DNA of 64,000 nt, from positions 16,903 through 80,902 of the forward strand of contig CAYJSJ010000002.1 of the NCBI GenBank assembly GCA_964373065.1. The letters run 5' to 3'. The notes under the pieces are model-generated. The model was given only the letters and a program-made list of their open reading frames with translations. It did not search any database and had not been told where the DNA came from. Source of the DNA: an uncultured Candidatus Peribacteria bacterium. Lineage in GTDB: Bacteria > Patescibacteriota > Gracilibacteria > Peribacterales > Peribacteraceae. The position numbers and the translations under genes are program-made. Positions 55,868 to 64,000 of the stretch are shown here, piece by piece; position 1 is the stretch's first letter, and each line of letters opens with the position of its first letter.

Positions 55868-58333
55868 TTACGGATGATACTTGGATTCCATGCTCAGCAG
55901 GAATGCCGAGGTTGCCCTGCTGTCCCTGGACCGCAGAAGATACCACCGATAGAGCACGACGCTTGCTCCGATTGTGAAAAAGAGCGCCCATGTAGGGATG
56001 CCCTCTTCCGAGAGGGGAACAGTGCCCGGTTGCCTTGGCCCTGCGTACGGGGAGGCGCTTCCGTGCAGATCAAGATTGAGAGGAACGGGGTCGGCTGTCC
56101 CTGCGGTAAAGCCTTTTCCTGTCGGTGTTCCTTGGCCGGTGGAAGCCAGATCACTGAGTTGTTCACCCGTTACCGCAACGGGGGTGAGCTTGAGATAATA
56201 GGGAACACCGTTGATGAGGTCTCTGAGCGTAAATGCGCGCAGATCGCTATTGAACACCCGTTGCTCCGTAAACTGGTCGGGCTCAACACCGTATTCAAGG
56301 AGGAAATTGGCAAGCGGCATGTTCTTTTGGAGCGATGTCCACTCGATAAAGAGCGCGCCGTCTTCGGGAGTAATGTTCAAATGAACACCGAGGACAGTGG
56401 CATCGATGATGTCGCTCTGTTCCGTGCTTTCGCGAGGTCCCTGGAGTGCTGTAACGGCGAAGAAATACGTGGTTCCCGGACGCAGTCCCGCGATGGTTGC
56501 CGTGGTGAGCGGCCGGTCGGTATCGAGGGTATACAGGAAATCATCGGGATCCGTGCCGACATAAATTCGGTAGGCATCTGCAGTAATATCTGTCACGGGA
56601 TCCCACCGCAACGCAATCGCATTTGCCTGCGACTCGGCGATGACATTTGTTACCTTGGGGAGTCCCTTCAGGACTACCGCAAGCGGCACGGTTTCCTGCG
56701 CTTCGTTCTCGAGCGTATCCATCGCTCTGACAATCGCTTCATAGGTGCCACCCGGAGGGGCAGTGAAAAGCATCTGGTACTTTCCCGATGAGGCGTCTGT
56801 CGTTGTGAGGACGTGCGTTTCGCCATTCAGAGTTAGTGTGATACTTTTGACATTTGGTTCCGTCGTCACGACGACAAGCACGTCCGAGCCTTCGAGCGGG
56901 CTTTGGGGTGCGAAGGTGATACTGTCGAATTGCGGTGGTGTGACATCGATTCTGAAGGAGCGTTCGGTGGAGTTCTGGGGAGCGTCCACATCATGCACAG
57001 TGATCTTCTGGTCGGTTTTCGTCGTATCGAGGGGCACCGACACAGAAAAATTCCCCTGGCGGTCGGTTTCACTTTCGATTTCCTCTTTCCCGCCTGTTAT
57101 GCTGATATTGATAAATTCTCTGCCTTTTCCTTCCACAAGAATGCTCTTTCCCTCGATGAGGTCACTCTTGCCGAGGAGCGCGCCGGGGGAAGGGGAATCG
57201 ACTGCAATTCTCTTTGTCGATTGCGCGGCCTTTAATCGCGTGACATTCACCGTGAGGTTCCCGAGAGCGTCATTGATATCGGCAGGTATCGCATCGGGGC
57301 TCTCTGTCAGAACCATGGCGTGTTCTCCGGCCGTCGCAAATTTGAGTCCCAGTGTCAGCGTCATACTGCCTTCATTTGCAAATGCAAAATTATAGACTCC
57401 GAAGAGCGGCAGCGTCGCATCGGGATCGGTCGTTGCCAGGTAGATAGTCCCCTGGAAATCCAGGTATCTCTTCCCGTACTGATCCTGTGCAGTCAGTACC
57501 ATGCTGAGTGCTTTGCCTTGTTCCACTTCCGGAACGGCTACACCTTCCTGGCCGACGATGTCGATCGTGAATTTTGCAAAGCGAGGAGTGTCTTGCGCCT
57601 GCGCGCGATACGGACTTCCACTGACATCCGCACGCAAGGGATTACTGCGGTAAAACTGCTGTGTACTCACGGAAGCGACCGGTCCGCCGAAACCTCCGAG
57701 TGTGGAGCCGGCTGAGATGCGTACTTCGCTCGCGAGCGTTTGGCCGCTTATGAGGTCAACGGCACGGAGAGAGAAGACTCCGGGTTTCACGGAGCGTACC
57801 AGAAAATCCTGTTCCCCCCTGTCGTTTGTTTCCCTGCTTAAGGGTTCTATCACATCTTCCGCTCTGCCGGAGAGTAGTTCCACTCTCCTTCCGGAGAGGG
57901 GGTTTCCGAACCGGTCTACGAGAACCGCAGTTGCTAGGAATTCCTCTCCGACATTCGCGGTCGACGTTGCGGTTTCGATGAAGCTTCTGTGCGGAGAGAT
58001 ACTGTCTGGGTGGACTGTGAGAATTCCTTTCGTTTTTGTATCATCACTACTGAGGAGTGCGTACCTTCCCGCCGTTTGCAGGTCTTTTCCTGCGATCCAT
58101 GCGCGTGCGATTCCGTTTGGTTCCGCAGAGAGCGTGTACGAGGAAGATTCTCCGAGCGGTGAAGTCACACTCAGTGTTACTGTGGCATTCGGCGAAAGAC
58201 CGGAAATGGTTACTTCGGTCGAAAGGCCGGCAACAGTATCCAGCACAGCCATTTCTGCTGCAGAGGTGAATGCAGGGAACGAAAGCAGGGCAACCGCGAG
58301 GAGTGTGTGTGTGAGTTTTTTCATGGAAATCAT
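55868..58333 (-). CDS. Large secreted surface protein with Ig-like and fibronectin type III domains and a C-terminal TM anchor
   Basis: 821-aa ORF. Signal peptide, invasin-like Ig segment (ANVGEEFLATAVLVDRFGNPLSGRRVEL), FN3 (ALRWDPV..YRIYVG..GLRPGTTYFFAVTAL), terminal TM plus a basic tail. Confidence 0.8.
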   Translation of the reverse strand: MISMKKLTHTLLAVALLSFPAFTSAAEMAVLDTVAGLSTEVTISGLSPNATVTLSVTSPLGESSSYTLSAEPNGIARAWIAGKDLQTAGRYALLSSDDTKTKGILTVHPDSISPHRSFIETATSTANVGEEFLATAVLVDRFGNPLSGRRVELLSGRAEDVIEPLSRETNDRGEQDFLVRSVKPGVFSLRAVDLISGQTLASEVRISAGSTLGGFGGPVASVSTQQFYRSNPLRADVSGSPYRAQAQDTPRFAKFTIDIVGQEGVAVPEVEQGKALSMVLTAQDQYGKRYLDFQGTIYLATTDPDATLPLFGVYNFAFANEGSMTLTLGLKFATAGEHAMVLTESPDAIPADINDALGNLTVNVTRLKAAQSTKRIAVDSPSPGALLGKSDLIEGKSILVEGKGREFINISITGGKEEIESETDRQGNFSVSVPLDTTKTDQKITVHDVDAPQNSTERSFRIDVTPPQFDSITFAPQSPLEGSDVLVVVTTEPNVKSITLTLNGETHVLTTTDASSGKYQMLFTAPPGGTYEAIVRAMDTLENEAQETVPLAVVLKGLPKVTNVIAESQANAIALRWDPVTDITADAYRIYVGTDPDDFLYTLDTDRPLTTATIAGLRPGTTYFFAVTALQGPRESTEQSDIIDATVLGVHLNITPEDGALFIEWTSLQKNMPLANFLLEYGVEPDQFTEQRVFNSDLRAFTLRDLINGVPYYLKLTPVAVTGEQLSDLASTGQGTPTGKGFTAGTADPVPLNLDLHGSASPYAGPRQPGTVPLSEEGIPTWALFFTIGASVVLYRWYLLRSRDSRATSAFLLSMESKYHP

Positions 58334-58457
58334 AGTATTCTACCATTTCAGGCATACATTCTCAATTCCTAGGAGTACGCAAGAACAAGATTTCTGTCTT
58401 TGTCCAGTGTGTTTGATTCCCTTGGTAACTACGGTTTCGTCATTTATGCTGTGCGCA

Positions 58458-59018
58458 ATGAAGATGCGCATCACTCTCGTCTCTACATGTTTGCTTCTCG
58501 TTGCCTGCGGCGGCGGATCATCCGGTATCGTGTGTGATCGTGACTATTGGGATGGAACAGTCGGTACCTGTATTCCCGCAGGGTGGGACTCCATGAGCAG
58601 AGAAGTATTGCGCATTCGCGGCGTACCCGAAGAAACCATCGTCGGATTCCAGCGCCGGGATGCCGTTTCCGGACAGTTTCCCACCGTTGCCGTTACGCAG
58701 GAACGGCTCCCGAATGCCGTAAATCCTGCAGACTATAGCAGTGCAAGCATTCGGGCGATCAGTGTACTGAACGGTTATGAACATGTGGATACGAAAGAAA
58801 TAACCGTCGATGGTGCGAAGGTGAGTCTCCATATTTTTACCGGACAGCCGATCGAGGACGAGCCAAAGCGGCGTTTCTATCAAGTGAGCACGACGAAGGG
58901 TGACCGCGGGTATACGATGACGGCCGTTTCGCCTGTTTCTATTGATCGCAGCCTTGAGCAAGAGATGGTGCTCATTTTGGATCACTTTACACTGTCGGAG
59001 CCTGTGAAGGAGGAGTGA
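58458..59018 (+). CDS. Lipoprotein, hypothetical
   Basis: ATG at 58458 gives MKMRITLVSTCLLLVACGG (lipobox). The upstream 252 codons of the track ORF are antisense to the surface-protein gene and are rejected. Confidence 0.65.
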   Translation: MKMRITLVSTCLLLVACGGGSSGIVCDRDYWDGTVGTCIPAGWDSMSREVLRIRGVPEETIVGFQRRDAVSGQFPTVAVTQERLPNAVNPADYSSASIRAISVLNGYEHVDTKEITVDGAKVSLHIFTGQPIEDEPKRRFYQVSTTKGDRGYTMTAVSPVSIDRSLEQEMVLILDHFTLSEPVKEE

Positions 59019-59139
59019 GGCTGGAGGTGCCGGCGGGAATTGCACCCGCGTATGGGGGTTTTGCAGACCCCTGCCTTACTGCTTGGCTACGGCACCGACC
59101 CGACCGATAGGGGGAGCCTACACGAGAATACCGAAACCC

Positions 59140-60381
59140 TCACCCGAATGTCAGTGCCTCCGGCGCGAAGATCAGCAGAAGTCCTAGTGCGTACATCAGC
59201 AGTCCTCCAAAGATCAGTGTAAATCTGCGGTACTTCGTTGTGATGCCCGTTGCATGCAATGTGTAGACGGCGATACCGAAGATGATGAAGTCGTCGATCA
59301 TGTACATCAAGATGAAGAGCCCGATGTATCCATATCGTGCCATGTCAGTGATGTCGTTGAATGCAAGGATCTGTGTAAAGACAGCGGGCAACCCTGCGGT
59401 ACAGACCAGCTCGATCATATTCACGGAGACCGCGAGCACGGCAACGCCCAGGATCATGGCGGGCCATGCGGAAATCTGCATGATTTCTTTCATGCGGGCG
59501 ATGGTTTTTTGCCTGCGACCCAAGTCCGTCACTTTGCACTGGTTCGGATCTTTCCCGAATGCTTCGTAGAGGTAGAATCCGCCGCCGCCGATCGCAACGA
59601 GGCCGATCACTTTCTGCACCCAGAAGTTGTAACCTATGAGAAGAAAAACGTTCAGCCATGCGGCGATGAAGAGGTAGTACACAGCTCCCGAGACCAAGAG
59701 AAACGTTCCTCCAATAATCCATACCTTCTTCATGTCATGTGTATTTATGAGCAGTGTCAGTAAGGTAATGAGCACCCACATCGCACACGGATTAAACCCG
59801 TCGAGGAATCCGAGAAGTATGGAAAGTGCAGGCAGCGAGAGAAGCGTAAGATCCACTGGGCCGATGAACCACAGGTTCAGCGTGTATTTTTCCAGATCCG
59901 CTTCACAGTCTTCTGTGCAACTTTCTCCTGCGGCGATCACATCGACACGCGCATCACTCTGCAAAAAATCAGCAAGCGGCAGACATCCGTCCGAGGAATT
60001 TCGACAGGTTTCGAGCCGTTTCTTGATCGCGTCACCGTGTTCATCGGTGTCGTACCCCTGGCTCACCGTTCCGTTGATGACGATGGTCGGCACACCTTGA
60101 TTCAGCGCGGGTGCACGCTCTTGTAATCGGGAAAAGAGTTTCTGACTATCGATCTCTGTCACCTCGCGGTACTCAACGTCTATGTCATGCTCCTCCACAT
60201 ACGTTTCAAACGCTGCGCAATGCGGGCAGCCGTCGCGCACAAAGGCTACAACATCTGCGCCCCGTACCGAGAGATAGCGCTCTTCCAGCACAGGCTTTTT
60301 GAGTGCTCTGTCGGGGTAGAGTACGCTGAGCGCAAGGACGGGAATGAATGCGAGTACGAGGAAGGCGACGATGCGTTTCAT
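59140..60381 (-). CDS. Thioredoxin/glutaredoxin-fold domain fused to a polytopic CcdA/DsbD-like membrane domain
   Basis: 413-aa ORF. Signal anchor, CPHC redox motif, a Cys-rich linker, then a membrane domain with LDGFNPCAMWVL and ELVCTAG. Confidence 0.75.
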   Translation of the reverse strand: MKRIVAFLVLAFIPVLALSVLYPDRALKKPVLEERYLSVRGADVVAFVRDGCPHCAAFETYVEEHDIDVEYREVTEIDSQKLFSRLQERAPALNQGVPTIVINGTVSQGYDTDEHGDAIKKRLETCRNSSDGCLPLADFLQSDARVDVIAAGESCTEDCEADLEKYTLNLWFIGPVDLTLLSLPALSILLGFLDGFNPCAMWVLITLLTLLINTHDMKKVWIIGGTFLLVSGAVYYLFIAAWLNVFLLIGYNFWVQKVIGLVAIGGGGFYLYEAFGKDPNQCKVTDLGRRQKTIARMKEIMQISAWPAMILGVAVLAVSVNMIELVCTAGLPAVFTQILAFNDITDMARYGYIGLFILMYMIDDFIIFGIAVYTLHATGITTKYRRFTLIFGGLLMYALGLLLIFAPEALTFG

Positions 60382-60508
60382 GGAGAATGCAAGGAAAGAT
60401 GCGCAAATATATGATAGTGTAGTTCGATGGATCAGGCATGTGACGTAAACTTATCAATCCTCTGTTTTCTTTTTATGAAGCCAAAAAAACAGACTCCATG
60501 AAGTCACA

Positions 60509-60841
60509 ATGATTCTATTGCATACAAAATTTGATCAGAGTAGTGTCACTGTGTTTATGGGATGCGCATCTTCTTTGGATAGGCAGAATGGAGAATCTCT
60601 GATTCCGAATGATCATCAGGAGGACAATCAAGTATTTACAGCATTGCTTTCCGAAAGTTATGAATTTCGCGGATTTATCCGTGGTATTTGTCGCCATCCT
60701 CTCAGTACGGAACTTCAACGATTGATTCCTCATAACCACGCTTTTTTCAGGATTATGATAGAGGCATGGAAGAGCGGTAGGACAACAATTGATTCCGTAC
60801 TCGCTCTCGCGGAGCACAATCATTCCAAGGTCGGGGGCTAG
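60509..60841 (+). CDS. Hypothetical protein (weak)
   Basis: 110-aa ORF in an AT-rich gap with no recognisable family. The opposite-strand ORF is of similar length. Confidence 0.3.
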   Translation: MILLHTKFDQSSVTVFMGCASSLDRQNGESLIPNDHQEDNQVFTALLSESYEFRGFIRGICRHPLSTELQRLIPHNHAFFRIMIEAWKSGRTTIDSVLALAEHNHSKVGG

Positions 60842-60884
60842 CTTTTTTGTAGTCGTCGTAAGAATTCATGCGGGCACTGTTTGT

Positions 60885-61448
60885 CTACGCACTATGTTTC
60901 TCGATCGGTCTATGCCATTCTTGGTCTTCATCTTCCTTGTTTGGTTTATATCGGTACTGCATCAGATAAGCGTCCTCCGTCGTATCGTCGTAGAAATCCC
61001 GTAGTACGGACACGGCACGAAAGCCCTGCCCCCTAAAAAAAAGCTGCGCTTCGAGGTTGGTCTCCCGCACTTCCAGCAGGAGGCGGTTGTGTCTCTGCCA
61101 GGAGAGCTTTTGGATCAGTTTGCTCGTCATCTGCTTCCCGACCCCGCTACGGCGTCGCTCCGGGTGAACAGCCAAATTTAGAATGTGCATAAGATATTTC
61201 TGCAATTCGTAGACCATGAATCCAACGACGCTTTCACTATGCTCAGCGACCATGCCGATGCAGTTTCTCTGCCGTAGACATCGGATAAAGTCTTGCTCCG
61301 ACCAAGGAAACTCGAAACTCTGTTTTTCGATGTCGAGCACTTCTACCATGTCTCTGCGTATCATCCAGCGAATGTGTACGGCTATTTCTTGTTTCGTATT
61401 CTGCTCGACAGGATCAAGGTTTTCTGAGGGGGGGGGCATGTCGTGCAT
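60885..61448 (-). CDS. rimI: GNAT N-acetyltransferase, RimI-like
   Basis: DIEKQSFEFPWSEQDF and the acetyl-CoA motif LAVHPERRRSGVGKQM. Start taken at ATG 61448; shorter starts are possible. Confidence 0.8.
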   Translation of the reverse strand: MHDMPPPSENLDPVEQNTKQEIAVHIRWMIRRDMVEVLDIEKQSFEFPWSEQDFIRCLRQRNCIGMVAEHSESVVGFMVYELQKYLMHILNLAVHPERRRSGVGKQMTSKLIQKLSWQRHNRLLLEVRETNLEAQLFFRGQGFRAVSVLRDFYDDTTEDAYLMQYRYKPNKEDEDQEWHRPIEKHSA

Positions 61449-61636
61449 GTGTCTACAGGGGAAAATGTATTGAAAGCAATGAAAAGAGGGGAATGCTAAT
61501 GGCGACCGGTAGCGCTTGCAAGTTCGATTATGATGTTTTCCTTGCATATATCAATAATTTGAGTACAATACTAAAAATACCCTTTCGACCCGTCCGCCTT
61601 CGGCGAGACTCGCTCAAGGAAAGTCACTACAACTCT

Positions 61637-62695
61637 ATGTCAGAACATCCCATTCTACCGGCTTCGACAAATCCGAAAGACTTCGTGATAGCGACGATTG
61701 GCTCGCACTCTGCGCTTCAGATTCTCAAAGGTGCACGCGACGAAGGTTTCCGTACGCTTGCGATCTGCAAGAAGGGTTCCGAGCGTGTGTACGACAAACG
61801 CGGATACGACGTTGCCGATGACATTATTTCCCTCAATGCATTTGAAGATTGGAACGATGCGGTGGAGGAGGAGCTCATAGAGCAAAATGCAATCGTGATC
61901 CCGCACGGGTCTTTCATTGCGTATGTCGGCATCGATCGCGTGCGCAAACTTCGAGCGATGTACTACGGCACCAAGGAGATACTGCAGTGGGAGAGCGACC
62001 GTACCATGGAACGCAAGTGGCTTGAGCAAGCGGGGCTCAAGCTCCCGCGTGTTTTTACGAACCCCGACGACATAGAAAAACCGGTCATTGTGAAGTTCCA
62101 CGGTGCCGGTGGGGGTTTTGGGTACTTTATCGCCAAAAGCCCCGAGCAATTCTGGGAAGTAAAGAACCGAAAATATCCTGAGCAGAACGATTACGCGATT
62201 CAGGAGTACATCGTCGGCGTTCCGATCTACGCGCACTACTTCTATTCACCCATCACAAAGGAGCTGGAGATCCTCAGTTTCGACAAGCGCTATGAAAGCA
62301 ACGCAGACAGCATCGGGCGTATAAAAGCGGAAGATCAGCTTTCTGCAAACATTCACACGAGCTACACCATCGTGGGCAACATTCCCGTCGTCGTCCGCGA
62401 GTCGCTCCTGCCCAAATTCTTCGAGATGGGGGAGGAGGTGGTGAAGGTCAGCCAGACGCTCTGTGGAGGCAAGGGTCTCTTCGGGCCGTTTTGCTTGGAG
62501 TGCATCGTAACGCGGAAGCTCGAAATTTTTACGTTCGAAATAAGCGCTCGCATTGTCGCCGGCACCAATCCCTTCGTGGAAGGGTCTCCGTACACGTGGC
62601 TCAAGTACCGAGAACCGATGAGCACGGGGAGGCGCCTCGCACGGGATATTAAGCGGGCGATCGAGGGGGGACGATTGGAGGAAGTGCTTGGATGA
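61637..62695 (+). CDS. purP: 5-formaminoimidazole-4-carboxamide ribonucleotide (FAICAR) synthetase, archaeal PurP type (ATP-grasp)
   Basis: ATG at 61637. IATIGSHSALQILKGARDEGF, IVIPHGSFIAYVG, ILQWESDR, VIVKFHGAGGGFGYF and GNIPVVVRESLL closely follow the archaeal PurP pattern as recalled from Methanocaldococcus MJ0136. Confidence 0.88.
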   Translation: MSEHPILPASTNPKDFVIATIGSHSALQILKGARDEGFRTLAICKKGSERVYDKRGYDVADDIISLNAFEDWNDAVEEELIEQNAIVIPHGSFIAYVGIDRVRKLRAMYYGTKEILQWESDRTMERKWLEQAGLKLPRVFTNPDDIEKPVIVKFHGAGGGFGYFIAKSPEQFWEVKNRKYPEQNDYAIQEYIVGVPIYAHYFYSPITKELEILSFDKRYESNADSIGRIKAEDQLSANIHTSYTIVGNIPVVVRESLLPKFFEMGEEVVKVSQTLCGGKGLFGPFCLECIVTRKLEIFTFEISARIVAGTNPFVEGSPYTWLKYREPMSTGRRLARDIKRAIEGGRLEEVLG

Positions 62696-62782
62696 TTGGG
62701 GAGGAGAATAATGAGCGATGAATGTTGAATTACGGTGTTGATCACTTCATAATTCTTAGTTCTTCATTCATAATCCGCCTAC

Positions 62783-63955
62783 ATGGTTATTTCGTCACTT
62801 CTCAAAGGCTACGATCTAAAGAACGTAACTGTGGGAGTTCTTGGCGGCCATAGCGCACTGGATGTCTGCCACGGCGCGAAGCGGCACGGGTTTCGCACGG
62901 TCTGCGTTGCAGAGAAGGGGAGGGGGAGGACGTATGGCAAGTACTATATGACGAGGGAAATGGGGAAATGGGGAAATGGGGAAATTGGGTGTATCGATGA
63001 GGTTATTGTTGTTGATCATTTTAGTGATGTACTCAAAAAAAACGTTCAAGATAAGCTGAAAAAGTTGAATACAATATTTGTTCATAATAGGTACTTTTGG
63101 GTCTACTTCGATGACTTCTCTGCTGTGGAACATGATTTCCATATCCCCATCTTCGGGTCGCGGTCACTCCTCAAGCTCGAAGAGCGCGACCAGCCGTATA
63201 ATCAATATCACCTTTTGCAGGATGCGGGGATCAGAACACCGAAGGTGTATAAGGGGTTAGGGTTAGGGTTAGGGTCGATGGGAATAGATCGACCGGTACT
63301 GGTGAAGGCTTCCGAGGCCATGCGGGGGTTCGAGAGAGCATTCTTCATTGTGTCTTCTGATGCTGAGTATGAACGAGAAGGGGCAAGACTCGAAGCTGAA
63401 GGAAAGGTACATGCCCATTGGAGGGATGCTACGGTCGAAGAGTTTGTCGTCGGTGCGCCGGTGAATTTTAACTTCTTCTATTCACCTCTTACGGGAGAGT
63501 TGGAATTGATGGGTACGGATACACGCAGGCAAACGAATCTCGATGGCTTCCTCCGTCTGACTTCGGACCAGCAAGAGAAAGCGCTCAAGCAAGTGCCACT
63601 GAAGATGATCGAAACAGGGCACATCGCCTGCACCGTCAAAGAATCGATTGTGGAAAAGGCATTCGATCTTGGTGAAAAGTTTGTCGCACAGTGCAAGAAA
63701 CTTCCGAAGGAGCTGGATCCTTCCGGCAAGGGAATAGTCGGTCCGTTTGCGTTGCAGGGTGCGGTGGTCGCAGAGGAGGGAAAAGAGGATATCGTCATCT
63801 TCGATGTGAGCTTCCGCATTCCGGGTTCTCCCGGAACATTTGCCACGCCGTATGCGCGGTATCTCTATGGAGAGAGTATGAGTGCTGGGGAACGTATCGG
63901 GATGGAGATCCGAACGGCCATCGATTGTGGAAGAATCGCGGAGATTTTGACTTGA
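62783..63955 (+). CDS. PurP-family ATP-grasp paralogue
   Basis: 390-aa ORF. VGVLGGHSALDVCHGAKRHGF, FVHNRYFWVY, and the same overall layout as 61637-62695. It carries two repeat-encoded inserts absent from the neighbour. Confidence 0.85.
   Translation: MVISSLLKGYDLKNVTVGVLGGHSALDVCHGAKRHGFRTVCVAEKGRGRTYGKYYMTREMGKWGNGEIGCIDEVIVVDHFSDVLKKNVQDKLKKLNTIFVHNRYFWVYFDDFSAVEHDFHIPIFGSRSLLKLEERDQPYNQYHLLQDAGIRTPKVYKGLGLGLGSMGIDRPVLVKASEAMRGFERAFFIVSSDAEYEREGARLEAEGKVHAHWRDATVEEFVVGAPVNFNFFYSPLTGELELMGTDTRRQTNLDGFLRLTSDQQEKALKQVPLKMIETGHIACTVKESIVEKAFDLGEKFVAQCKKLPKELDPSGKGIVGPFALQGAVVAEEGKEDIVIFDVSFRIPGSPGTFATPYARYLYGESMSAGERIGMEIRTAIDCGRIAEILT
62955..62989 (+). repeat. GGGAAATG octamer tract inside the purP paralogue
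   Basis: gggaaatggggaaatggggaaatggggaaattggg encodes EMGKWGNGEIG. It corresponds to a roughly 12-aa insert relative to the adjacent purP. Confidence 0.9.
63253..63274 (+). repeat. (TTAGGG)3 telomere-like G-quadruplex motif inside the purP paralogue
   Basis: ggggttagggttagggttaggg encodes GLGLGLG. It corresponds to a roughly 6-aa insert relative to the adjacent purP. Confidence 0.9.
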
Positions 63956-64000
63956 TGAACATGTGGAATTTCGCGTAGGATCGTTCGTTTATGGAAACTG

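Noticed and set aside
55841-58457. Plus-strand ORFs (316 aa, and the first 252 codons of the 438-aa ORF) antisense to the large surface-protein gene
   Set aside because: The minus-strand gene has a signal peptide, FN3/Ig domains and a TM anchor. Only the last 186 codons of the 438-aa ORF, beyond the surface gene, look like a real lipoprotein gene.
61449-61636. ZTP or purine riboswitch upstream of purP
   Set aside because: gtccgccttcggcg resembles the ZTP 3' element CCGCCUGGGC only loosely. The 5' GGGUCGUGACUGGCG-type sub-domain is absent.

Overview
This is a 64-kb bacterial chromosomal segment. It uses the standard genetic code: TGA ends full-length conserved genes such as livH and pnp. Housekeeping genes are tightly packed on both strands.

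Genes I can support:
- Translation and ribosome: archaeal-type proS, valS, dtd, rpsO, rplJ-rplL, rsmA, rimI, tRNA-Glu(UUC).
- Nucleotide metabolism: pyrG, pyrD-pyrK, and two tandem archaeal-type purP genes.
- DNA repair and uptake: pcrA/uvrD, rmuC, dinB, lexA, comEC.
- Transport, secretion and envelope: membrane H+-PPase, a Liv-type ABC transporter, a ZIP transporter, a K+ channel, secF, an LCP protein, SLH and FN3/Ig surface proteins.
- Other: pnp, rel, tig, DAHP synthase, a PfkB kinase.

Accessory content:
- A visibly AT-richer island lies directly 3' of tRNA-Glu. It carries an MvaI/BcnI-like type II R-M pair and an IS200-type element.
- A Phd/RelE-type toxin-antitoxin pair sits between rpsO and pnp.
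- A four-helix-bundle (23S rRNA IVS protein family) ORF is enclosed by perfect 17-bp inverted repeats.

The gene content is compatible with an uncultivated small-genome lineage (CPR/Patescibacteria-like). That is inference only.

The least ordinary signals:
1. Many 30-60-nt tracts of degenerate tandem repeats with a 6-9-nt period, falling into a few word families. They fill intergenic spacers and also sit in frame inside essential genes. They include telomere-like (TTAGGG)n and G-quadruplex-type runs whose G-rich strand is always the + strand.
2. An exact 13-nt palindromic motif is shared by the promoters of lexA-dinB and rmuC-uvrD. It is a candidate non-canonical SOS operator.
3. A 770-nt non-coding region contains RNase P RNA-like conserved blocks, a bidirectional terminator, and a tandemly duplicated promoter-like unit.

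No CRISPR array or rRNA gene was seen. All family calls come from motif recognition by eye, not from database searches.
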